Position numbers and translations under genes: made by a program. A stretch of 64,000 nt of DNA. It comes from a bacterium. Its GTDB lineage: Bacteria > Patescibacteriota > Saccharimonadia > CAILAD01 > JADZBC01. Position 1 is the first letter of the stretch. Each line of letters begins with the position of its first letter. Below the pieces are notes generated by a model. That model had not been told where the DNA came from. It searched no databases and saw only the letters and a program-made list of their open reading frames with translations. This document shows positions 49,995 to 60,254 of the stretch, piece by piece. The stretch spans positions 286,435-350,434 of the forward strand of contig JADZBC010000009.1 in NCBI GenBank assembly GCA_020852295.1, read 5' to 3'.

Positions 49995-51197
49995 ATGAAT
50001 CAACAATTTATCGGTGCTCTCGAGCAGATCTGCGAAGAGAAGGGCCTCAGCAAAGATATCGTTTTAGAGGCGATCGAAGCAGCTCTCGCTGCCGCCTACA
50101 AGAAAGACTATGGTGATCGTGATCAGGAGGTTCGGGTTGCACTTGATCCTGATTCCGGAGATGCTCGCATCTTTGTCACCAAGGAAGTTGCCAAAGAAGT
50201 CGAAGATCCATATCTGCAAATATCGCTCGAAGACGCGAAAAAGCATGATCCCAAGGCAAAAGTTGGTGTGATGGTTGAATACGAAGAGAAGAATAAAGAC
50301 TTTGGGCGCGTTGCAGCCCAGACTGCAAAGCAGGTGATTGTGCAACGTATCCGCGAAGCTGAGCGTGAAGTTGTCTTCACGGAATACAGCGACAAAGAAG
50401 ACACCATTATGAACGCTGTTGTGCAGCGCGTTGAGGGTAATAATGTGTTTGTTGATCTCGGTCGTGCTAGCGGTATTATGTTTCCGACCGACCAGATCCG
50501 CAACGAGCACTACTACCCAGGGCAGCGCCTGAAAGTGTACGTCGTTCGAGTTGAGCAGACCGCCAAGGGCCCTCAGATCGTGGTGAGCCGCTCACATCCA
50601 AATATGATACGCAAACTTTTTGAAATGGAAGTACCTGAGATCGAAAACGGAACAGTTGAGATTATGGGTATTGCCCGTGAAGCTGGTCAGCGTACCAAGA
50701 TAGCGGTCAAATCAAACGCTGACAGTGTTGATGCAGTCGGTACTTTTGTTGGTGGCCGTGGTGCTCGAGTTCAGGCAGTTATGGGGGATCTTGGCGAAGA
50801 AAAGATTGATATCATTTCCTACAGTGACGACACTGCTCAGTACATCACCAATGCTCTCAGCCCGACTAAGGTTATCTCAGTCAAGATTGACGAAGAAGAG
50901 AAAAAGGCCGTGGTGAAAGTACCGGAAGACCAGCTGAGTCTCGCGATTGGTCGACAGGGTCAAAACGTGCGCCTAGCAGCTAAGCTAACCGGCTGGAATG
51001 TTGATATCGATGGTGCCGACGATGCTCATATCGAAGAAACCGCTGAAGCCGTTGAAGACGCACCGAAGCCAAAACGCAAAACAAATCTTGAAGATGCTAT
51101 CATTGCCGCAACTGCCGCAGAAGAAGAGGCTGTTGAGCAGAGCACAGAGAAGTCGGACAACTCTGAGCCGAAAGCTGACGACCAAGCGACCGAATAG
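49995..51197 (+). CDS. nusA: transcription termination/antitermination factor NusA
   Basis: N-terminal domain, S1 and two KH domains (GRQGQNVRLAAKLTGW), with an acidic C-terminus. Confidence 0.9.
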   Translation: MNQQFIGALEQICEEKGLSKDIVLEAIEAALAAAYKKDYGDRDQEVRVALDPDSGDARIFVTKEVAKEVEDPYLQISLEDAKKHDPKAKVGVMVEYEEKNKDFGRVAAQTAKQVIVQRIREAEREVVFTEYSDKEDTIMNAVVQRVEGNNVFVDLGRASGIMFPTDQIRNEHYYPGQRLKVYVVRVEQTAKGPQIVVSRSHPNMIRKLFEMEVPEIENGTVEIMGIAREAGQRTKIAVKSNADSVDAVGTFVGGRGARVQAVMGDLGEEKIDIISYSDDTAQYITNALSPTKVISVKIDEEEKKAVVKVPEDQLSLAIGRQGQNVRLAAKLTGWNVDIDGADDAHIEETAEAVEDAPKPKRKTNLEDAIIAATAAEEEAVEQSTEKSDNSEPKADDQATE

Positions 51198-51266
51198 TTT
51201 CGTTTCGTTTTCGTATCGGTTCTTATGTTTGTGGTAATATAAACGTAAGGAGAAAGGGGACTGGGT

Positions 51267-53738
51267 ATGCAGACTGATTCAAACCAATTTGAGAGATTTA
51301 CCGATAATGCGAAGCGTAGCTTACAAAATGCTGGCGCATTTGCGCAGAGCATGGGGGCAAGCTATGTCGGTACGGAGCATCTACTGCTGGGGGTACTAAA
51401 GCAAGAGGGCTCTATTGGTGCACGAGTGCTCAATGAAATGGGTGTAACGCTCGATAAACTCAACATCCAGGTCTCGAGTGATGCTGGCCTCATGTCTCCA
51501 TCCCAGCTGAGTGAAACCGCCAAAAAAACCGTTACACTTGCCCTGCGGGTGGCACAAGAATTTGGCCAGCCATTTGCTGGCACTGAACATATTCTTTTTG
51601 CGCTACTAAGCCAGAAGAATGCCCGCGCCAATGTTATGTTGCGTGAGCTAAAGGTGAACCCTACGTCTGTGCGAAATGAACTCGAAAACTATCTGAGCTC
51701 GCAGAACTACGGCTATACAGACGAAGCCAATACTCGCAAAGGCAAACAGAGCAAGACTCCGGCACTCGACCATTTTGCAGTTGATATGACCGAAAAGGCG
51801 CGCCAGAATGAGCTTGATCCGGTGGTTGGTCGCGAGAGTCAGATCGAGCGAATGGTCTCGATTCTTAATCGTCGGACCAAGAATAACCCAGTGCTGATCG
51901 GCGAGCCCGGAGTTGGAAAAACGGCCATTGTTGAAGGTTTGGCGCAGCGCATCGTGAATGAAGATGTGCCGGATATGTTGGTCGGCAAGAAGCTTTTGAT
52001 GCTCGACTTGGCGGGCGTGATTGCCGGCACGAAGTATCGAGGTGAGTTCGAGGAGCGATTAAAAAAACTCATCGAGGAGGCAAAGGCCAACAAAGATGTG
52101 ATCTTGTTCATTGACGAGTTGCACACGGTGGTTGGTGCAGGTTCGGCCGAAGGCGCGATTGATGCTGCTAACATCCTCAAGCCAGCGCTATCACGTGGTG
52201 AAGTACAGACGATTGGCGCGACAACGCTCGATGAGTATCGCAAGTACATCGAGAAAGACTCAGCACTTGAGCGACGTTTCCAGCCCGTTATCGTACCCGA
52301 GGCGACCGTTGAGGAGACTATCGAAGTACTAAAGGGGCTTCGGCCGCGCTACCAGGATTTTCACCAAGTTACGATTTCCGATGAAGCGATTGAAGGGGCG
52401 GCAAAGCTCGCTAAGCGCTATATCTCTGATCGATTTATGCCCGATAAAGCGATCGATCTTGTCGATGAAGCGGCCAGCCTTGCGCGCATTAAGCGGGGTG
52501 GTACGAGTAAGCGTGTAAAAAATCTTCAGACGAAACTCAATGACATAATGAGTCAGATTGATGATGCGGTGTATAATCAAGATTTTGAATATGCTGCTCG
52601 TTTGAAATCTGAGGCGAGTATTCTCGAGCAGAAACTGACCGAGCAATCCAAGAAAGAGCGACAGGCTGGTAAGATCATGATCGACGGCGAAGACATCGCT
52701 GCGGTCGTTGCCCAAGCAACTGGCGTTCCCATCACGAAGTTGATTAAGGTCGAAAGTGAAACTCTCATCAAGCTTGAACAGACACTCAAGTCCCACGTTA
52801 TTGGTCAGGATGAAGCAGTTGAAGTCGTTGCCCGCTCGATTCGACGTTCACGAACTGGTATCGCAGATGTGAATCGGCCGATCGGAAGCTTTATCTTCCT
52901 CGGCCCTACTGGTGTCGGCAAGACAGAACTGGCACGCGTGTTAGCTAAAGAAATCTTTCATGACAAAGACGCTATGATAAAGGTCGATATGAGTGAATTC
53001 ATGGAGAAGCACAACGTGTCACGCTTGGTGGGTGCGCCGGCTGGCTACGTAGGCTTCGAAGAGGGCGGTCAGTTGACCGAACAGGTTCGTCGTAAGCCGT
53101 ATAGCCTGATTCTCTTTGATGAGATCGAAAAAGCCCATCCAGATGTCTTCAATATGTTACTGCAAATCCTTGAGGATGGCATGTTGACCGACGCTAAGGG
53201 ACGAAAAGTTGATTTTCGCAATACCATTATCATCATGACAAGCAATGTCGGTGCCAAGGTTTTGCGTTCTGAGGCAGAGCTTGGCTTTAAGACCGAGACG
53301 GCCGACGAACAAAAGAAACTCGAACAGCTGCATGAGCGCATGAAGAAGACGATTCAAGATGAAATGAAGAAAGTGTTCAAGCCAGAGTTTCTCAACCGCA
53401 TCGATCATATAGTCGTTTTTCGAGCGTTAAGCCAAGTTGATATTCGCAAGATTGTAAACTTACAATTGGCGAATTTAGCGAGTCGACTGCAAGAGAAGGC
53501 CATTGTGCTGCGATTTACGACCAAGCTCAAGAATCTGCTCGTTAGCAAGGGCTACGATGCTGAGCAGGGCGCTCGACCAATGCGTCGTGCAATTCAGTCA
53601 TTGGTTGAAGACAAGCTCGCAACACAGATCCTGGATGGCTCAATCGTTGCCAGTAGTGAAGTCGTGGTTAGTGCAAGCGGCGAAGAGGTGACCACGAAAG
53701 TCCTTGGGCAAGAGCCGCAAAAAACCGCAACCAAATAG
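51267..53738 (+). CDS. clpC: ATP-dependent Clp protease ATP-binding subunit ClpC (class III HSP100)
   Basis: Two Clp_N repeats, two AAA+ modules ([16 protein letters not shown]), UVR-like linker and a ClpB D2-small domain. Confidence 0.9.
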   Translation: MQTDSNQFERFTDNAKRSLQNAGAFAQSMGASYVGTEHLLLGVLKQEGSIGARVLNEMGVTLDKLNIQVSSDAGLMSPSQLSETAKKTVTLALRVAQEFGQPFAGTEHILFALLSQKNARANVMLRELKVNPTSVRNELENYLSSQNYGYTDEANTRKGKQSKTPALDHFAVDMTEKARQNELDPVVGRESQIERMVSILNRRTKNNPVLIGEPGVGKTAIVEGLAQRIVNEDVPDMLVGKKLLMLDLAGVIAGTKYRGEFEERLKKLIEEAKANKDVILFIDELHTVVGAGSAEGAIDAANILKPALSRGEVQTIGATTLDEYRKYIEKDSALERRFQPVIVPEATVEETIEVLKGLRPRYQDFHQVTISDEAIEGAAKLAKRYISDRFMPDKAIDLVDEAASLARIKRGGTSKRVKNLQTKLNDIMSQIDDAVYNQDFEYAARLKSEASILEQKLTEQSKKERQAGKIMIDGEDIAAVVAQATGVPITKLIKVESETLIKLEQTLKSHVIGQDEAVEVVARSIRRSRTGIADVNRPIGSFIFLGPTGVGKTELARVLAKEIFHDKDAMIKVDMSEFMEKHNVSRLVGAPAGYVGFEEGGQLTEQVRRKPYSLILFDEIEKAHPDVFNMLLQILEDGMLTDAKGRKVDFRNTIIIMTSNVGAKVLRSEAELGFKTETADEQKKLEQLHERMKKTIQDEMKKVFKPEFLNRIDHIVVFRALSQVDIRKIVNLQLANLASRLQEKAIVLRFTTKLKNLLVSKGYDAEQGARPMRRAIQSLVEDKLATQILDGSIVASSEVVVSASGEEVTTKVLGQEPQKTATK

Positions 53739-53778
53739 AGCGCTGTTCGTAAAGCGTTCGCTTTGATATACTGGATAC

Positions 53779-55116
53779 ATGCCAAAGTCACAATCTCAGT
53801 TTGTCTGCCAGGAGTGTGGTTCTACTTATTCAAAGTGGGCCGGCAAGTGTCTGAACTGCGGTAGTTGGGACAGTCTTGTCGAGACGAGCGCACCGTCGGG
53901 TAGTAAACGAGCAAGCAGCAGTGTGAGCCTTTCGCCGCAGGTTTTGTCTGGGGTTGCGTCTTCGCAACATAGTCGAAAGCTGACTGGACTGAGCGAAGTA
54001 GATGCTGTATTGGGCGGTGGGCTTGTGCCTGGATCTTTGACGCTGCTTTCGGGGGACCCGGGTATCGGAAAATCAACCCTTGTCTTACAGCTGGCAGCAA
54101 CACTCGCCAAGCAGGCGAGGGTGTTGTACGTGAGCGGCGAGGAGTCATCTAGCCAGGTGAAGCTGCGAGCCGAGCGATTGGGTCTAGGTGAGAGTGAATT
54201 TGAATTTATTGCCTCGACAGATATTGATGCCGTCTTACAGACTGTCGTTACGAGCCACTATGACCTCGTTATCGTTGACTCTATTCAGACGATGAACTCA
54301 GCGAGCCTGAGCTCGGCAGCTGGCACTGTGAGCCAGATAACAAATAATGCAAACGCGATTATGCAGACTGCCAAGTCGACCAATACGAGCTTTATCGTGA
54401 TTGGCCATGTCACTAAAGAAGGTAATGTTGCGGGACCAAAGATTCTTGAGCATCTTGTCGACACAGTACTTTATTTGGAGGGTGAGCGTTTTGGCCTACT
54501 CAAAATATTACGAGCCGTCAAGAACCGCTTTGGGTCAACCAACGAAGTCGGCATTCTAGAGATGACCGAGAAGGGTCTCGAGTCGGTTGGGAGCCCATCG
54601 AAAATGCTATTAGCCGAACGGCAAGAGCTGCCGGGTAGTGTTATTTTTGCAGCTATTGAGGGTACACGGCCACTATTGGTTGAAGTCCAGGCGCTGGTGA
54701 GCCCGAGCGTTTTTGGTTATCCAAAACGCGCCGCCGATGGCGTTGATTTAAATCGGCTGTCACTTTTAGCGGCAGTTATGACGAAGCGGGGTGGCATCAA
54801 TTTGAGCAGCTCTGACATCTATGTTAATATCGTAGGCGGACTCAACGCCAACGAACCCGCAATTGATCTCGCAATTATTTTAGCGATCGCCTCGGCACAC
54901 AAAAATATTATTGTGCCCTCAGACGTCGTAGTATTTGGGGAAGTTGGCCTGAGTGGCGAGTTGCGTTCGGTCACTATGAGTCGCGAGAGACTCAAGGAAG
55001 CCAAGAAGCTTGGTTTTGGCCGAGCAATTGTGCCGGCCAGTCAGCATCAAACAGGTGCCACCGGCTACCAGACCATTCGCCAGGCTATCGCCAGCTTGCA
55101 ATTATCTAAAAGCTAA
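53779..55116 (+). CDS. radA: DNA repair protein RadA/Sms
   Basis: C4 zinc finger (CQECGSTYSKWAGKCLNCGSW), RecA-like ATPase (GDPGIGKST), KNRFG motif and a Lon-like C-terminal domain. Confidence 0.95.
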   Translation: MPKSQSQFVCQECGSTYSKWAGKCLNCGSWDSLVETSAPSGSKRASSSVSLSPQVLSGVASSQHSRKLTGLSEVDAVLGGGLVPGSLTLLSGDPGIGKSTLVLQLAATLAKQARVLYVSGEESSSQVKLRAERLGLGESEFEFIASTDIDAVLQTVVTSHYDLVIVDSIQTMNSASLSSAAGTVSQITNNANAIMQTAKSTNTSFIVIGHVTKEGNVAGPKILEHLVDTVLYLEGERFGLLKILRAVKNRFGSTNEVGILEMTEKGLESVGSPSKMLLAERQELPGSVIFAAIEGTRPLLVEVQALVSPSVFGYPKRAADGVDLNRLSLLAAVMTKRGGINLSSSDIYVNIVGGLNANEPAIDLAIILAIASAHKNIIVPSDVVVFGEVGLSGELRSVTMSRERLKEAKKLGFGRAIVPASQHQTGATGYQTIRQAIASLQLSKS

Positions 55117-55124
55117 GGAACCAC

Positions 55125-56123
55125 ATGTACCCACTTCTTCTATTGGTAATCTGTCTTATTATTGCTATCGGCATTCTTATTTCTGTAAAAATTGTCCGCA
55201 TGAATATGCAGCGACTTATATTGGTTCTGGCTGGATTCTTTGTCGGCGCACTGGGCGGGCTTTTAATCGGTACGCCATTTGCTTTTCTGCCCGACCCATA
55301 CGGCAAGATCATCCCACCCACAGTTGGTATTGTTGGGGCACTTTCGATCGCTATTGCGCTCTATTTGCGCAAGGACTTTCTGACACAGTTTCTACCGAAG
55401 TTCTCGAACCCAATCAAGAAAAATTCGGTGAAAATGAGCGATAAAACAAAGCCACTCAATCAGATCTTGGTGGATACTTCTGCAATTATCGATGGGCGTA
55501 TTGCTGATATTGTGAAAACAGGCTTTATTCCAGGAAAACTTTTAGTACCTCGCTTTGTTTTAGCTGAGCTACAGAACATTGCCGACAGCGATGACGGCAT
55601 GCGACGTGCCCGTGGTCGCCGTGGCCTGGAAGTACTCAACATGATTCGCCAAAATCCAGCCGTCGAGCTCGACATTATCGAGGAAGACCCGAAGCAAATC
55701 AAAGAAGTTGATGCAAAGCTTGTCTATCTTGCCAAAAACTACCGCACTGACATCTTGACCACCGACTACAATCTCAATCGCGTCGCCACCATCGAAACGG
55801 TGCGGGTGCTCAATATCAACGAACTTGCCCAGGCAATTCGTCCTGTTGTGATCCCCGGCGAAGAGCTGATGGTTAAGGTTGTTCAGCTCGGCAAAGAGAA
55901 AAACCAGGGCGTTGGCTACCTTGAAGATGGCACCATGATCGTAGTGGAAAACGGCGACAAGCTGATTGGCAAACAAGTAGCCACTGAGGTAACGCGTATC
56001 TTTCAGACGGTTGCGGGCAAGATGATCTTTGCCGTAGAGAAAGGCAAAAAGTCATCATCTAAAACGACGATGAAGCCAAGCAAAAACGTTGCCAAGTCGG
56101 CCAAGAACGCGAAGTTGAAATAA
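55125..56123 (+). CDS. YacL-like membrane protein with PIN and TRAM domains
   Basis: Four N-terminal TM helices, a PIN domain (ILVDTSAIIDGRI...) and a C-terminal TRAM-like beta-barrel; follows radA as in Firmicutes. Confidence 0.7.
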   Translation: MYPLLLLVICLIIAIGILISVKIVRMNMQRLILVLAGFFVGALGGLLIGTPFAFLPDPYGKIIPPTVGIVGALSIAIALYLRKDFLTQFLPKFSNPIKKNSVKMSDKTKPLNQILVDTSAIIDGRIADIVKTGFIPGKLLVPRFVLAELQNIADSDDGMRRARGRRGLEVLNMIRQNPAVELDIIEEDPKQIKEVDAKLVYLAKNYRTDILTTDYNLNRVATIETVRVLNINELAQAIRPVVIPGEELMVKVVQLGKEKNQGVGYLEDGTMIVVENGDKLIGKQVATEVTRIFQTVAGKMIFAVEKGKKSSSKTTMKPSKNVAKSAKNAKLK

Positions 56124-56138
56124 AACAATTATAGAACG

Positions 56139-58994
56139 CTAGGGCGACCAGGTGGCTTGGTTGCTGTTGCCGAATACATCAGCCACTTCAACTCGCGCAG
56201 AAGAGAGGCCTCCAATTTTTGCACAGTCTTTTGAGCCGCTAATTACATTTGGGGTCGAAGTACATCGTGCAGCGCCTCCGTTATAGAAAAATGCAACACT
56301 GTTGATATTGCCACCGCTTTTTGATGCGAAGAGCGTCACACATCTACTGCCGCTACAGTCAATTCCAACCGTTGGACTATCTGCCCCAGCCACGACACTA
56401 ACTGTTGAGTCATTGCTGGTTGCAGAGTAGAGTCCAGCGTCAACAACCTTGACCGTGAAGGAGCCGGAGCCACTCTGGGTTGGGCTGTAGCTGAGGGCGT
56501 AGATGCCGCTGCCATTGATATTCTGGCTGTCGACTTGACTGCCATTGTAGAGCAAGATGAGTTTATTGGCAGTAAAGGTGCCACTCGTGACATTGGCTGT
56601 TACCGCAAAGGTACTGCCGGAATTTGGTGTCACCGTGATGCTAACCTTTGGCTTTACATCAGAGCACTTGTGGACATCATCTTTAGCGGTGGGGAGTCCA
56701 CCGGTGGCAAGGCCAAGCGACGCAGCGAGTGCCGCAACTGGTGGTTGCCAACGCTGATAGGCCGGATCACTTGGGGATACTTCGGCTGAAATGCCGCCAC
56801 CTGTGACGGTATCAATTGCGTCCGGCGGTGTACACTCGGTCGCCAACTTGCCCGAGACTTTATCAATCTTAGCGGTTGATGTGGCACTCGCCTTTGGCAG
56901 CTCGTACCACGAAGCAAACATATCAGTGCGAGTTTGTTTCGTGGCGCTCGTTGGTGCGCGCCCCGTGAAGGCATCGATCGTGGCGTCCTTTATGCCATTT
57001 GGACGACTGAAGTTTTCGATTGGATCATCTTTGGTGGCGTTACGCATGTATTCTTGCCAGACAGGTGCCGCGATAATTACCGAAGCATCGGTCATCGGGG
57101 TGTTGTCGTTATTACCAGCCCATACGCCGGTCACAAGCCTTGTCGTGTATCCCATCGTCCAGGCATCCTTAAAGTCAGAGGTTGTACCGGTTTTCGCGGC
57201 AACAGGGCGGTTGCCGAGCGTGAGGGGGTTGTTGACCGGGAAGATGCCGAGGCTAGAGCGGGCCCGATTGTCAGCAAGGATGTTGCTTATAAGGTAGGCG
57301 ATCTGTGGGTCGATAGCATTCTTGTTGGCAATAGTGTTTTCAGGCTTATTTTCCTCGAGTACCTTACCTCTGCTATCAGTAATTTTTTTGACGTAAACCT
57401 GTTCGTGGCGTACACCACCATTGGCGAGTGCCCCAAAGGCATTGACCATATCGATAACTTTTACTTCACCGGTACCAAGTGCGAGACTCAAGCCGTAGTC
57501 TTCGATCGGCTGGTCGAGCGTAGTGAGGCCCATGTCTTTGGCGGTCTCGATGAAATTGGCTTGCCCGCCGAGGTAGAGCGCTTTGATGGCTGGAATATTG
57601 AGAGAGTTTGAGAGAGTTTGACGGACCGAGAGTACGCCATAGTGACGACCATCGTAGTTCTTTGGCGTGTAGCCACCACCAAAGTCGGTCTTTACATCAT
57701 ACATTGTTGAGCCGGGGCCGTAGTCCTTCCGGTTCTTAAAGAGGTTAGCGTAGACCAGCGGCTTCATAGAAGAGCCCGGTTGTCGGTTGGCGACCGCTAC
57801 GTTGAAGCTCCCGAAGTCTTTATCGCCGTAGTTATAGCTTCCAACCATGGCAACCACTTCACCTGAACGCGGGTCAGCCGACACGAGCGCAGCATTGGAG
57901 CCACCCGATCGACGAATTGCTGGCATTTGCTTGGTAATTGCGTCCTCGGCCATTTTTTGTTTTGCAAGATCAAGCGTGGTGATGACTTTGAGTCCACCCT
58001 CGTTGACCTCTTTGACGCCATACTTGTCTTCGAGTTGCTCCCGAACATACTGGACGAAGTGTGGCGCTGTGATATTGGCGTAGAGGTTCTGCGGCTTCAC
58101 CTGGGCGAGAATGTCGACCTTCTTAGCTTCATCGGCTTCTTTTTGGGTGATATAACCCTGTTCCGCCATCTTTGTCAGGACTGTTCGTTGTCGAGCAATC
58201 AGTGCATCGGTACGTCGACCATAGGGGGAGTAGTAGCTTGGTGCTTGCGGCAAGGCGGCTAGCATCGACGCCTGGGCGAGCGATAAGTCTTTGGCTGGGA
58301 TGCCAAAGTATGTTTTTGAGGCCGCCTCTATACCGTATGCTGTTGAGCCGTACGGAATTTCATTGAGGTATAGCTTGAGGATGTCGTCCTTGTTGTAGAG
58401 TAGCTCGATCTCGATCGCCAGAATCAACTCTTGAATCTTGCGGCCAAAAGAACGCTCACCGGTAAGAAATGCGTTCTTAACATATTGTTGGGTTATGGTA
58501 GAGCCACCACCTTTCGACGGGTCGCGGAAGATCAGACCAGAAAAAGCGCGGGCGATACCAAAGAAGCTAAAAGCGCCATGCTTATAAAAGTCTTTATCTT
58601 CAATGGCGACGGTTGCATTTCGGATGTTCTTTGGCATCTGATTGAATTCAATCAAGGATCGGTTCTTATTGCCGTAAACCTCGTAGAGTACGGTATTTCC
58701 GGTGTTGTCGTAGAACTTGGTAGTTTGAGCGGCAACACGGGCGTTAATCTTATTTGGACTTGGCAGGTCTTTGGCAAACCATAAGAAGGTAAGGACCAGC
58801 AAGGCAAATCCTGAACCAGCAGCAATTGCTAAGATTTTTAGTCCCTTTTTACTCGTCCAAAAAGCCCATGCTCGACCAAACAAGCCCTTAGCGCTTTTCT
58901 GCAGCTTGGCAGTTTTGCCGGCCGATCCAGGTGCATAAGGGCGTCTTTTTACGACTCGTCGAGTGCCTAATTTTGGTCGAAATTTTGTAGCCAT
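56139..58994 (-). CDS. penicillin-binding protein 1A (bifunctional glycosyltransferase/transpeptidase) with a C-terminal Ig-like extension
   Basis: GT51 motifs (EDKDFYKHGAFSF, RAF, GGSTITQQ), transpeptidase motifs SxxK (SSMKP), SxN and KTG (KTGTT); N-terminal TM anchor. Confidence 0.9.
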   Translation of the reverse strand: MATKFRPKLGTRRVVKRRPYAPGSAGKTAKLQKSAKGLFGRAWAFWTSKKGLKILAIAAGSGFALLVLTFLWFAKDLPSPNKINARVAAQTTKFYDNTGNTVLYEVYGNKNRSLIEFNQMPKNIRNATVAIEDKDFYKHGAFSFFGIARAFSGLIFRDPSKGGGSTITQQYVKNAFLTGERSFGRKIQELILAIEIELLYNKDDILKLYLNEIPYGSTAYGIEAASKTYFGIPAKDLSLAQASMLAALPQAPSYYSPYGRRTDALIARQRTVLTKMAEQGYITQKEADEAKKVDILAQVKPQNLYANITAPHFVQYVREQLEDKYGVKEVNEGGLKVITTLDLAKQKMAEDAITKQMPAIRRSGGSNAALVSADPRSGEVVAMVGSYNYGDKDFGSFNVAVANRQPGSSMKPLVYANLFKNRKDYGPGSTMYDVKTDFGGGYTPKNYDGRHYGVLSVRQTLSNSLNIPAIKALYLGGQANFIETAKDMGLTTLDQPIEDYGLSLALGTGEVKVIDMVNAFGALANGGVRHEQVYVKKITDSRGKVLEENKPENTIANKNAIDPQIAYLISNILADNRARSSLGIFPVNNPLTLGNRPVAAKTGTTSDFKDAWTMGYTTRLVTGVWAGNNDNTPMTDASVIIAAPVWQEYMRNATKDDPIENFSRPNGIKDATIDAFTGRAPTSATKQTRTDMFASWYELPKASATSTAKIDKVSGKLATECTPPDAIDTVTGGGISAEVSPSDPAYQRWQPPVAALAASLGLATGGLPTAKDDVHKCSDVKPKVSITVTPNSGSTFAVTANVTSGTFTANKLILLYNGSQVDSQNINGSGIYALSYSPTQSGSGSFTVKVVDAGLYSATSNDSTVSVVAGADSPTVGIDCSGSRCVTLFASKSGGNINSVAFFYNGGAARCTSTPNVISGSKDCAKIGGLSSARVEVADVFGNSNQATWSP

Positions 58995-59054
58995 AACGTA
59001 TAGTTTCTAGGCCGAATTGTACCACAACCGCGATTCTCTTGCTATAATTGTCAT

Positions 59055-60254
59055 ATGAGTAGCGTAGGTGGAAAAAAATCGATCCCAGATGATTTGTTGA
59101 CGCGTAATGTCGTCGACATAATTGTCCGTGATGAACTTGAGAAAAAGCTGAGTTCTGGCAAGAAGCTTAATATCAAACTTGGCTTTGATCCGACCGGTGC
59201 GCAGCTACACATTGGCCGCGCCGTAACGCTTTGGAAGTTGCGCGCATTTCAAGATCTTGGGCACAATATTCAGTTTGTGATTGGTAATTTCACCGGTACG
59301 ATCGGTGATAGTTCGGACAAAGATTCGGAGCGACCAATGCTTGATCGCAAGACCGTCGAGCAGAACGCCAAGGATTACCACCGTCAGCTGGAGAAGATTC
59401 TTGACATGAAGAAGGTTAAGATTTTCTACAACGGCGACTGGTTTGACAATATGCCATTGTCGCAATTTTTTGAACTTACGCAGCTTTTTACTATCCAGCA
59501 AATGACCGAGCGTGATAACTTCTCCAATCGCATCAAGGCCGGTAAGCCCGTTGGGCTACACGAAACCCTCTACCCGCTCCTACAGGGCTATGATTCGGTT
59601 GCCATGAAGACCGACCTCGAAGTTGGTGGTACGGACCAGCTTTTTAACCTATTAGCAGGTCGCACGGTACAGAAACACTTCGGCTTAGAGCCACAGAGCG
59701 TCATGACTTTTGAACTACTTGAGGGGCTGGATGGCCGCAAGATGAGTACGAGTTGGGGGAATTGTATCTATATTATGGATGAGCCAGTTGAGATGTACGG
59801 CAAGGTTATGACCTTGCGTGACGAGCTTATTCCGCGCTACTTCCGGCTGTGTACCGATGTAGAGATCGGGGTGATTGAGCAGATCGAGCAGAACCTGGCG
59901 GCGGGCGATAACCCTCGTGACACCAAGGCAAGTCTTGCTCGCGCAATTGTGGCACGCTATCACGGTGGCGAGATCGCTGATCGTGCTGAAGAAACTTGGA
60001 ATAAGCGCTTTCGGGACGGCGAAAAGCCAGAACACATCGAAGAGGTCTACATTAAGAAAGCCGACTCTCACAATCTCGTAGATTTTGTGAGTGAGAACTT
60101 CAATATCAGTAAGTCAGAGGCGCGACGCATTATTAATCAAAATGGTCTGAAGATTGATGACGAGATCACGACCGAGAGTGCACTCGAGCTCCGAGACGGT
60201 ATGGTCGTTCAGGTCGGCAAGCATCGTTTCAAGCGAATAACGACGCAAAAATGA
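59055..60254 (+). CDS. tyrS: tyrosine--tRNA ligase
   Basis: HIGH-type motif (QLHIGR), IGDSSDK, KMSKS-type motif (GRKMSTS) and a C-terminal S4 RNA-binding domain; TATAAT lies 5-6 nt before the ATG; no T-box leader. Confidence 0.85.
   Translation: MSSVGGKKSIPDDLLTRNVVDIIVRDELEKKLSSGKKLNIKLGFDPTGAQLHIGRAVTLWKLRAFQDLGHNIQFVIGNFTGTIGDSSDKDSERPMLDRKTVEQNAKDYHRQLEKILDMKKVKIFYNGDWFDNMPLSQFFELTQLFTIQQMTERDNFSNRIKAGKPVGLHETLYPLLQGYDSVAMKTDLEVGGTDQLFNLLAGRTVQKHFGLEPQSVMTFELLEGLDGRKMSTSWGNCIYIMDEPVEMYGKVMTLRDELIPRYFRLCTDVEIGVIEQIEQNLAAGDNPRDTKASLARAIVARYHGGEIADRAEETWNKRFRDGEKPEHIEEVYIKKADSHNLVDFVSENFNISKSEARRIINQNGLKIDDEITTESALELRDGMVVQVGKHRFKRITTQK

Noticed and set aside
57590-57620. Tandem 11-bp repeat GAGAGTTTGAG/AGAGTTTGAC
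   Set aside because: It lies within the PBP1A coding sequence and simply encodes QTLSNSL. It is not a repeat array or CRISPR.
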